DNA of 32,000 nt, taken from Thermodesulfobacteriota bacterium. Its GTDB lineage: Bacteria; Desulfobacterota; WTBG01; JAGOGO01. Positions 24,406 to 31,163 of the stretch are shown piece after piece. The number at the start of each line of letters is the position of its first letter. The first letter of the stretch is position 1. The notes beneath the pieces were generated by a model. It had not been told where the DNA came from and ran no database searches. It worked only from the letters and a program-made list of their open reading frames with translations. Made by a program: the position numbers and the translations under genes. The stretch lies in NCBI GenBank assembly GCA_026625185.1, contig CP113000.1, positions 2,175,622-2,207,621 of the forward strand. The letters are read 5' to 3'.

Positions 24406-24477
24406 GCCTAACAGTGTTTATATTGAGCCGTATAAGACCCCGTTGTTAAGAATTTTATAATTTTAGGGGATGTCCCC
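24406..24477 (-). repeat. attC-like cassette-junction repeat, family member b (short form, central part absent)
   Basis: The minus strand reads GGGGACATCCCCTAAAATTATAAAATTC-TTAACAACGGGGTCTTATACGGCTCAATATAAACACT-GTTAGGC. R'-like GTTAGGC fits GTTRRRY exactly. TCTTAAC pairs with it at 5 Watson-Crick positions plus 1 G-T. GTCTTATA pairs with TATAAAC leaving one bulged C. Confidence 0.65.
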
Positions 24478-24509
24478 TTCCCCCCCAATTTAATCATCAA
24501 TATCTTTCG

Positions 24510-25769
24510 TTAATGAATAAAAGAAAATTGTTTTTCGTAGAACTCTCTCGCAATAGCCTGTTTTTCTGCTACATAGGCAAGAACTTCGTTATAATTCTCA
24601 AAAAGAAGATTAACTACTCTGGTATCTAAAAGACGACGGTCTGAAAATTGTTTCATAATTTGAATAAGCTCCTCTTTGGACATACCTTTTCTATACGGTC
24701 GGTCCTCAGCCAGTGCGGTAAATATATCTGCGACCATCATTATTCGTGCTCCGGTAGTTAACTCGGCTGCTGTGCAATGAAAGGGATATCCGGACCCGTC
24801 AAGTTTTTCATGGTGGTAGGCAGCCCATTCTGCAACCTGCTTAAGTCCCCCAATGGTATTAATCACATGATAAGTATAGTACGGGTGTGATTTCATAACA
24901 GCCATCTCTTCTTTTGTAAGTTTTTCGGGTTTTTTCAGAATGCTGTTGGGTATTGCCAACTTGCCTATATCATGCAAATTGCCTGTAACCTCCATAAGCC
25001 CTACTTCTGCGTCCGTAAATCCAAAAATTCTTGCCAACATAGACGCTGCCGCAGCAACACCTGAAGAATGAGTTGAAGTAAAACGGGAGCGGAAATCAAT
25101 TATATTTCGAAACAGCTCAGATATTATAGCAATATTCGAAAAATCAATTTCTCTTTTTGAGAAAGGGCCTTCATTAAGTAAAATTGAATACAGCCGTGGG
25201 GAAACCAGATCCAGCCAAAATTCTTCACTATTAGATATTTGGGTAAAAAGATCCACAACCTGAGGATGTAGTGAAGAGCCGGACAAGGATTTTATTTTTG
25301 AAACAATATCTTCGTGTTGATGAAGAATGTACTGATCCCGCTTTATTGCACGTTCGAGATAATCGGCAAGAAATAACAACTGTGAAGCTAAAACAATAGG
25401 AGTTTCAATTGATTCTTCCCAGTATTGCCACTCTTTGTGGTGGAAACTGATGATTTTTGACAAGTCCCTTAGCCAAGGTATGTTATTGAGTAGCAGTTCA
25501 CCCCGAATGCAATGATCTTCGAGATTTTCGATTTCGAAATTCCTAAGGGAGATTTTTTCTTCCAATGACAAAGCTCCGATATCATGAAGAAGTGCTGCTA
25601 TAAAAATTTTTTCCAATCTTTCATGTGATATTTTTGCAGCTTTTCCCATTTCCCACACAACAAATGCTGTCCTTTGCTGATGTTGGATTATTGACGGACT
25701 GGCCAAATCCATAGCATCAGAGAGTGAAAGAACAAGATTACCTAAATTCACTGCGGTTTGACGTTGCAT
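24510..25769 (-). CDS. HD-GYP-domain phosphohydrolase with an additional N-terminal degenerate HD domain (cassette 3)
   Basis: 419 aa. The C-terminal domain has NLHDIGKLAIP ... YHHEKLDGSGYPF ... MMVADIFTALAEDRPYRKG, the HD-GYP signature. The N-terminal half has LLHDIGAL ... ISFHHKEW without GYP. Confidence 0.85.
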   Translation of the reverse strand: MQRQTAVNLGNLVLSLSDAMDLASPSIIQHQQRTAFVVWEMGKAAKISHERLEKIFIAALLHDIGALSLEEKISLRNFEIENLEDHCIRGELLLNNIPWLRDLSKIISFHHKEWQYWEESIETPIVLASQLLFLADYLERAIKRDQYILHQHEDIVSKIKSLSGSSLHPQVVDLFTQISNSEEFWLDLVSPRLYSILLNEGPFSKREIDFSNIAIISELFRNIIDFRSRFTSTHSSGVAAAASMLARIFGFTDAEVGLMEVTGNLHDIGKLAIPNSILKKPEKLTKEEMAVMKSHPYYTYHVINTIGGLKQVAEWAAYHHEKLDGSGYPFHCTAAELTTGARIMMVADIFTALAEDRPYRKGMSKEELIQIMKQFSDRRLLDTRVVNLLFENYNEVLAYVAEKQAIAREFYEKQFSFIH

Positions 25770-25794
25770 GTCATTCTCCCGAAAAAATTCTTCC

Positions 25795-25907
25795 AGCTAA
25801 CGGTGTTTATATTGATCTATATAAAAACCTAAATGCTTTACTCAATCTTTATAAAAATCAGTATAAGGCGCGGTTGTTAAGAATTTTATAATTTTAGGGA
25901 CGCCCCC
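25795..25907 (-). repeat. attC-like cassette-junction repeat, family member a
   Basis: The minus strand reads GGGGGCGTCCCTAAAATTATAAAATTC-TTAACAACCGCGCCTTATACTGATTTTTATAAAGATTGAGTAAAGCATTTAGGTTTTTATATAGATCAATATAAACACC-GTTAGCT. The inner arms TGATTTTTATAAAG and TTTATATAGATCA are largely self-complementary. Confidence 0.65.
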
Positions 25908-26003
25908 TGACCGCCCCGGAAGCGGAAGCTGGAGGCAGTCAGCTCCAGGACGAGGTTAACTGGTCCGCCGGACATGGCACGCCGTTGCCCCAAAAGGGGA
26001 CAC

Positions 26004-26957
26004 TCACGACGGATTAATAATGCTCATGGACGCTGTATTCCATTTCGTGTTCATTCCGGTGCCGGCTGAGGAGACGTTCGACTCCTCAACCTCAAGCCAT
26101 AGACTGGCGAACACCGGCGGTGGCCCTGCGGGTAGTTCAATGAATGTGTCATCCAATTGAAGACCGACGTTTGTCAATAATACGTGCAATGGCAGTATTG
26201 TCTTGCGAACATGGTCCCGTATGTGTGAATATTCCGTCGGCGTCAGATATTTTAGGTAATTGAGTCTTGTGATCTGGAGTAGCTCAACAGCGATCTTACA
26301 AGGAACCCATACATCGGCAACCGTGATCTTTAACCCTGGAGGGCTGAGATCCATACGCGTGCCTTCCGGATGCTCAGAAGACAACAGCCGCCGCAGACCA
26401 TCATTGATATGCTGTTCGAACTCTATTGTCGTTCGGCCACCATCCGTCGTGAGAGGGGTAGACGTCTTGAGTTGTATAAAAATCTCGCGGCCCCGATTTT
26501 TTTCGACGAGTACCTCGTTTGTTATTATATCCAGCACTGCAACAAAATTATTCATCTTTCGCGTGTAGATCAAAGGAATCTGGACCTCGGCTTTCCACCG
26601 ATCAGATCGGATATCCTCAATGGTAAGAAGCTCGATACCCTTAGCCAAAGCGTACCTGTGATTCGTTTTGGCGAACCCGGAAGTGCAAAGCAGGAATCCT
26701 TTTGCCGCCCTTACATCCTGCATGACCGCTGAAAATTCGCCTAATACATTGATGTCTGCACGAGATGCCCAATCCCTACATTGGACAACGTAGAGAAGCT
26801 CCGCATCTCCGATTTGCAAGCGCACCGAGACGTCGATCTCACGTTCGAGTCCGCTCTCGTGACCCCAAATCCTGTCGTTCTTAGTCACGCCTGCATCGAC
26901 GAAGAAGCCCTTCAACTTCTCGTAAACAAACTGTTCGTATTCCGCACCTGCCTTCAT
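26004..26957 (-). CDS. Mrr-like restriction-endonuclease (PD-(D/E)xK) N-terminal domain protein with an unknown ~190-aa C-terminal region (cassette 2), GC-rich
   Basis: 317 aa. GAEYEQFVYEKLKGFF...ESGLEREIDVSV...LLYVVQCRDW...INVLGEFSAVMQDVRAAKGFLLCTSGFAKTNHRYALAKGIELLTIEDI follows the Mrr_cat pattern (E/D...D, then xQCK-like). The C-terminal half has no motif I recognise. Confidence 0.7.
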   Translation of the reverse strand: MKAGAEYEQFVYEKLKGFFVDAGVTKNDRIWGHESGLEREIDVSVRLQIGDAELLYVVQCRDWASRADINVLGEFSAVMQDVRAAKGFLLCTSGFAKTNHRYALAKGIELLTIEDIRSDRWKAEVQIPLIYTRKMNNFVAVLDIITNEVLVEKNRGREIFIQLKTSTPLTTDGGRTTIEFEQHINDGLRRLLSSEHPEGTRMDLSPPGLKITVADVWVPCKIAVELLQITRLNYLKYLTPTEYSHIRDHVRKTILPLHVLLTNVGLQLDDTFIELPAGPPPVFASLWLEVEESNVSSAGTGMNTKWNTASMSIINPS

Positions 26958-26991
26958 GCAAAGTCCTTTACCTATGCGTCATGTACTGAAC

Positions 26992-27131
26992 CAGCCAACA
27001 ATGTTCATATTGATTTGTATAACGCCCTTGATGTAAGCCCCTTTTGCAAAGCAAAAAAAGGCCCGTTACCTTTTTTGCTGGCAATCAGGCCAATTTTTTA
27101 AACGGAATTATTGACCCTCATCCTTGTTAAT
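26992..27131 (-). repeat. attC-like cassette-junction repeat, divergent family member e (contains a strong internal hairpin)
   Basis: The minus-strand right end AAATCAATATGAACATTGTTGGCTGG matches member a (AGATCAATATAAACACCGTTAGCTGG) at 21 of 26 positions. The left end AAAGAATTAACAAGG resembles AAAATTCTTAACAACG. Confidence 0.5.
27049..27078 (-). terminator. Stem-loop AGCAAAAAAAGG / CCTTTTTTGCT, possible terminator after the CI-like gene
   Basis: 11-12-bp stem with a 7-nt loop (27061-27067). The U-rich stretch is provided by the stem itself. It lies inside repeat e. Confidence 0.35.
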
Positions 27132-27162
27132 TCTTTAAATAACTAACTATAAATTAAATAAA

Positions 27163-27753
27163 TCACCCGGCCTTCTTTTCGGTAGAGCGGCCAGTCTCCT
27201 CTGCTGGAGTATCGCCTTGAATATTCCCACCCTCCCTTTGTACCCCCGCCTCTAATTCAGATATTCTTTTTTCCAAGGAATTAATTTTATTATTCAATTC
27301 CTGGTTTTTTTCGATGGCCCGCCCAAAACTGTCCAGGACGGCAACAACTGTTTGGATAAACGTCGGATCGCGGCTGTCAAATATCTTATCTAATTGCCTT
27401 ATTGTCTGTCTATACGGGGCATCCACTCCATAGTTTGCCGACTGATCACCCGTTATTTTAGCCTTCAGCTCCACCGGCTGGCGTTGCTCCGGCCCGCAAA
27501 CCTCAGGAAATTTTTCGCGCGCGCCTTCAAAAGGCTCACCAGAGCCGTGTATAAGCCAGGTAGGATTAAAGTCACAATTATTTGCAAGTGCATCAATTAC
27601 ATTTCCTTTAATGTGCCCACCTAAATTTTTTGCGTATTTAGCTAAAGTATCTTTATTTGTCCCCAATTTTTTCGCTAAAACAGGCCAGCTTAGGTTGTAT
27701 TTCCCTTTATAATAATTAATAGTCCAGGCAACTCTCTCATTTAAACTGGTCAT
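27163..27753 (-). CDS. Phage CI-repressor-like HTH protein with a C-terminal coiled-coil (first ORF after the tRNA)
   Basis: 196 aa. LSWPVLAKKLGTNKDTLAKYAKN...NVIDALANNCDFNPTWLIHGSGEPF matches the Phage_CI_repr N-terminal domain pattern (...n.nWLl.G.G). The C-terminus has the heptad-like NQELNNKINSLEKRISELEAG. Confidence 0.7.
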   Translation of the reverse strand: MTSLNERVAWTINYYKGKYNLSWPVLAKKLGTNKDTLAKYAKNLGGHIKGNVIDALANNCDFNPTWLIHGSGEPFEGAREKFPEVCGPEQRQPVELKAKITGDQSANYGVDAPYRQTIRQLDKIFDSRDPTFIQTVVAVLDSFGRAIEKNQELNNKINSLEKRISELEAGVQREGGNIQGDTPAEETGRSTEKKAG

Positions 27754-27852
27754 TTTTTACCTTTTTTTGGTTGTCGGTTCGGTCTTATAACTACCAAAGG
27801 ATTTTGGCCACTTGAAAGAAGCAAACTTATTGAAATTAAAAGATGAAACAAG

Positions 27853-27942
27853 CGGAGAGGGTGGGATTCGAACCCACGTGCCCCGGTTAAGGGACAAGCC
27901 GATTTCGAGTCGGCCCCGTTACAACCACTTCGGTACCTCTCC
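27853..27942 (-). tRNA. tRNA-Ser (anticodon CGA), class II with long variable arm; CCA not encoded
   Basis: The minus strand reads GGAGAGG-TA-CCGAAGTGGTTGTAACGGG-G-CCGACTCGAAATCGG-CTTGTCCCTTAACCGGGGCAC-GTGGGTTCGAATCCCAC-CCTCTCC-G. The anticodon loop is CUCGAAA. Folded by hand. Confidence 0.9.
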
Positions 27943-28052
27943 GGAATATCTACCCCGTGTAAAAGCCTTCTAACGGGGTTTTCCTCGATTGATTAAGTAA
28001 CCACCCGGTAGTAAACAAGAAAAAATTTTATTCTGGTTTCTGCCTTCCGGAT

Positions 28053-28526
28053 TCAAACGTTTTTTCCCTTGGTTTTTCTTTTTTCATGAAAAAAACGTTG
28101 AATTATTGCTCCGCACTCAGCTTTCAAAACTCCGGAAGTGACTTTCAGCTGATGGTTGAGCCTGGCATCATTGCCGACCTGATAGAGCGTTACCAGGCCT
28201 CCCCCTTTGGGGTCTGAAACTCCAAAAATTACCTCTTCTACCCGGGCATGTATAAAGGCCCCCGCGCACATAACGCATGGCTCTATGGTCACATAAATCC
28301 GGGTATTATTCAATCGGTAATTTTTTAAAACTTCTGCTGCTTCCCGCAAGGCGATGATTTCAGCATGTGCAGAAGGGTCATTTCGTTTAATTGTTTCATT
28401 GTGGGATTTACTCAGAACCTCTCCCCGGCTTGACGTCACGACTGCGCCAACCGGGACTTCACCCATTTCATAGGCTTTATGGGCTTCGGTTAAGGCTATT
28501 TTCATATAGAATTCCTGAGAATGCAT
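28053..28526 (-). CDS. tadA: tRNA-specific adenosine deaminase
   Basis: 157 aa. CDA zinc motifs HAEIIALREA and PCVMCAGA, plus N-terminal FYMKIALTEAHKAYEMGEVPVGAVV, typical of TadA. Confidence 0.9.
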   Translation of the reverse strand: MHSQEFYMKIALTEAHKAYEMGEVPVGAVVTSSRGEVLSKSHNETIKRNDPSAHAEIIALREAAEVLKNYRLNNTRIYVTIEPCVMCAGAFIHARVEEVIFGVSDPKGGGLVTLYQVGNDARLNHQLKVTSGVLKAECGAIIQRFFHEKRKTKGKNV

Positions 28527-28555
28527 AGGGCTCGATAACCAATACTTGGCGGATT

Positions 28556-28664
28556 CGTAAAAAGTTCATCTGCTGCGTTCTGCTGCATCCTCAGTCATTG
28601 CGACGTACAAGTAAGTACGCCTCATTTCCTCGGATTTGCACGCCTTGCATCTGAAGCTTTTTAC
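28556..28664. repeat. ~109-bp imperfect palindromic intergenic element (family C); possible terminator of the ATPase gene
   Basis: The outer arms CGTAAAAAGTTCATCTGC and GCATCTGAAGCTTTTTAC are near reverse complements, with the centre GCGACGTACAAGTAAGTACGCC. A partial relative lies at about 19163-19215 (GCTGCGTTTTCGG..CCTCGACC..AAATACGCCTGCGG). Confidence 0.55.
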
Positions 28665-28705
28665 TTTGCCGTGGAATTTTAGATTTTTTGCAACCTCATT
28701 AAAAC

Positions 28706-30523
28706 TTAACTGATCAGATCCTCTCCCACGCCGGTTACACGAAGGACTTCAGAAACGGTGGTTTCTCCATTGAGCATTTTTCGGATCGCGCCTTCGTGGA
28801 GCGTGATCATTCCGTCTTTCAGCGCTTCGGTTTTAATTTGACGGTTTTCCGTTTTATGGCTGATGAGGTTTCGGATGCGGTCGTTCATTTCCATTACCTC
28901 AAAAATTCCGGTTCGGCCGTGGTAGCCGGTCCACCGGCATTTATCGCAGCCTTCACCAATTTGGATATTTTTTCGTGAGTCCGCGGGAATGATTAATCCC
29001 AAAATTCCCTGCTCTTCGGCGGAGAGATCATACGGCTTGGCACAGTAAGGGCAAACCCGCCGAACCAGCCGCTGAGCGATTATCCCTATTATGGTAGAAT
29101 TGATAAGGAAGGTAGGAGCGCCCAAATCAAGAAGACGGGTGATCGAACTGGGAGCATCATTGGTATGGAGCGTGCTCAACACCAGATGACCGGTGAGCGC
29201 CGCTTGAATGGCATTTTCTAAGGTTTCGTAGTCTCGAATTTCTCCCACCATAATAATATCCGGATCCTGCCTCAAGATCGTGCGAATGGCAGCGGCAAAA
29301 GTAAAGTCAATCTGAGGCTGGACGCCGATCTGGTTAAATTCCTCGTAAATCATCTCAATCGGGTCTTCGATGGTTATAATATTGATGTCCGGAGAAGAAA
29401 GTTTTCTCAGCGCCGAGTAAAGGGTAGTGGTTTTTCCGCTTCCGGTTGGGCCGGTTACCAGGATGATGCCGTGAGGTTCCTGGATAAAAGATTCAAAGAG
29501 CTGTAATTCGCGCGGGAAAAAACCAAGATTAGATAAATCCTGAATTAAGATATCAGGATCAAAAATTCTGATCACCGCCTTTTCTCCAAAGGCCACGGGT
29601 AGCATGGAGACGCGAAGTTCCACCTCTCGTCCCTTAAAGTCAGTTTTTATGCGCCCATCCTGGGGGCGGCGTTTTTCCGCGATATTCATCCGGGAAAGCA
29701 TTTTAATGCGGGATACCACCGCGTTGTGTACTACTTTGGGCATGGTGTGAACGTTATGAAGCACGCCGTCAATCCGAAATCTCGTCAGGCTGAAATCTCT
29801 TTTGGGTTCGAGGTGGATATCGCTCGCTCGCTGATCAAAGGCATAACTCAGAAGATAATCCACGGCATTGACCACATGTTTATCCGTTGCTTCAATTTCT
29901 TTGGTGGTTTTAAGTTTGACGTATTGTTCAAGGTTTCCGAGGTCAATCTGAGGGGCTAATTCCTGAGCCGCGGCGTAAATCGAGTAGCGAAATCCATAAA
30001 ATTCGTTGATGATTTTGATAAGATCGGTACGGGGGGTAATGCACGGAACGATTTCATATTTGGTGTAGCGCCGGAGATCTTCGAGTACTTCATGATCGAG
30101 AGGATTTGCCATTGCCACATGCAACTGATTGCTTTCTACCGCGAGACCGAGCACCAAGTGTCTTTTGGCGAATGCCTTGGGAAGCAATCTGACAATCGCT
30201 GTGGAATCAAGTTCGAGAGGATTAATTTTTTTGTAAGGAATACCAAACCGTTTTGCCAACACTTTGGTGATAAACTCCTCGGTAAGGATTTCCCCAGTTT
30301 TATCAGTTTTAAAGTTAAAAGACGCTATAACTTCTACCGGCGGAACTTCATAACCATAATCTCCGCGGCTCTTGTGATGGGATAACTCCCTTTTCTTCAG
30401 TTGAATCAGTTTTTCCCGCTCTTCCGCAGCCCGCTCTCGGATTTTCATGATCTGCGCTTCGGTTAAAAAGCCCTCATCACCTAAAACCTTACAGACGGTG
30501 TCGATGCTTAATGTTTTATTCAT
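28706..30523 (-). CDS. GspE/PilB-family secretion/pilus-assembly ATPase
   Basis: 605 aa. Walker A GPTGSGKTTTLYS, Asp/His boxes (IMVGEIRD, TGHLVLSTLHTN) and a tetracysteine CPYC...CDKC. N-terminal T2SSE_N-like region. Confidence 0.9.
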   Translation of the reverse strand: MNKTLSIDTVCKVLGDEGFLTEAQIMKIRERAAEEREKLIQLKKRELSHHKSRGDYGYEVPPVEVIASFNFKTDKTGEILTEEFITKVLAKRFGIPYKKINPLELDSTAIVRLLPKAFAKRHLVLGLAVESNQLHVAMANPLDHEVLEDLRRYTKYEIVPCITPRTDLIKIINEFYGFRYSIYAAAQELAPQIDLGNLEQYVKLKTTKEIEATDKHVVNAVDYLLSYAFDQRASDIHLEPKRDFSLTRFRIDGVLHNVHTMPKVVHNAVVSRIKMLSRMNIAEKRRPQDGRIKTDFKGREVELRVSMLPVAFGEKAVIRIFDPDILIQDLSNLGFFPRELQLFESFIQEPHGIILVTGPTGSGKTTTLYSALRKLSSPDINIITIEDPIEMIYEEFNQIGVQPQIDFTFAAAIRTILRQDPDIIMVGEIRDYETLENAIQAALTGHLVLSTLHTNDAPSSITRLLDLGAPTFLINSTIIGIIAQRLVRRVCPYCAKPYDLSAEEQGILGLIIPADSRKNIQIGEGCDKCRWTGYHGRTGIFEVMEMNDRIRNLISHKTENRQIKTEALKDGMITLHEGAIRKMLNGETTVSEVLRVTGVGEDLIS

Positions 30524-30698
30524 AATTTTTAAAAAATTATTTTGGGTATAGTGTTCGTGATAAGTTAAAATACTCTTATCCGTATCCTCTTCGTTATCCA
30601 GTGGAAGGCTGGGTAAAATTAGGTAACCACTTTACCAGGTATTGAGTTTTTTTGCAACGCTCTATAAAATTTTTATAATAAGTTAATAGAATTGATGG

Positions 30699-30941
30699 GT
30701 TCCTAAAAAGACGAAGATGTCACTCAGAGCCTGTCGAATGGTGAACCTAACTAATTGATATTAATACGAACGCATTTGGTTTTTTGACATGATACCCCCT
30801 CACCCCTCCCTCTCCCCGCTGGGGAGAGTGTGAGAGTGAGGGGAGAAAATATCGGGTGTAATAAGTTTTAAAGCGTTTGTATTAGTTATGCTTCGACAAG
30901 CTCAGCGTGACAAAAACTGCGAATTTTGACTTTTTAGGAAC
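30699..30941. repeat. ~243-bp MITE-like element with long terminal inverted repeats and a nested central palindrome
   Basis: The left end is GTTCCTAAAAAGACGAAGATGTCACTCAGAGCCTGTCGAA...TAACTAAT. The reverse complement of the right end is GTTCCTAAAAAGTCAAAATTCGCAGTTTTTGTCACGCTGAGCTTGTCGAA...TAACTAAT. The centre, 30795-30845, is CCCCCTCACCCCTCCCTCTCCCCGCTGGGGAGAGTGTGAGAGTGAGGGGA. Confidence 0.65.
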
Positions 30942-31027
30942 TTATCAAATTTTAGAATTAAATTTTTTTTAGGCCGGTTTTATCCTCATAATAAAGATAC
31001 TGGATCGGAATCACAAAAAAAGAGATA

Positions 31028-31130
31028 GCCGCAGCCCTTAGGCTGGGTAACATAATGAAAATATAACCGAGAAGTGCAAGCAAAGGCTTGCGGTTGCCAA
31101 AATTTGTATTACAATTTGAATTACAACACC
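31028..31130 (+). repeat. Dispersed hairpin repeat, family A, copy 3
   Basis: Sequence is GCCGCAGCCCTTAGGCTGGGTAAC ... GAGAAGTGCAAGCAAAGGCTTGCGGTTGCCAAAATTTGTATTACAA...TTACAACACC. It aligns with 17807-17906. Confidence 0.7.
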
Positions 31131-31163
31131 GCCTTAAGGAAAAGAATTTAAGGATCCGTTCAT

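Larger units (their letters stand above)
22887..27131 (-). other. Integron-like gene-cassette array without an integron integrase (CALIN-like): 6 co-oriented ORFs separated by attC-like repeats
   Basis: See the individual repeat and CDS entries. Every junction has the order stop codon, TCTTAAC-type box, imperfect palindrome, GTTAGGC-type box, SD, next start. Confidence 0.6.
19643..27877 (-). mobile_element. tRNA-Ser-associated genomic island (about 8.2 kb), composite: integrative-element remnants plus cassette array
   Basis: Bounded by the intact tRNA and its 27-bp 3'-end duplicate. Contains integrase remnants, a small recombinase, XRE- and CI-type regulators and heterogeneous-GC cargo. Confidence 0.65.

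Noticed and set aside
23844-24460. Cluster of overlapping ORFs on both strands (23844-24065, 23870-24112, 23887-24129, 24098-24292, 24185-24460, 24225-24449)
   Set aside because: These are a by-product of the locally high GC, which leaves few stop codons in any frame. Only the 23824-24393 frame has an SD-led start, a TM helix and a position consistent with the cassette boundaries.
22887-27131. Regularly recurring repeats, considered as a possible CRISPR array
   Set aside because: The repeats are 45-140 bp imperfect palindromes spaced 0.36-1.4 kb apart with complete SD-led ORFs between them. This is not the pattern of 25-40-bp repeats with 30-40-bp spacers, and there are no cas genes.
27781-27789. 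GGTCTTATA (the inner-arm motif of the junction repeats) in inverted orientation upstream of the first cassette-like ORF, and GTTAGG next to the tRNA fragment at 19673-19678
   Set aside because: Matches of 9 bp and 6 bp are expected by chance in 64 kb of two-strand sequence, and the surrounding similarity is weak. This is not enough to call attI-like or terminal sites.
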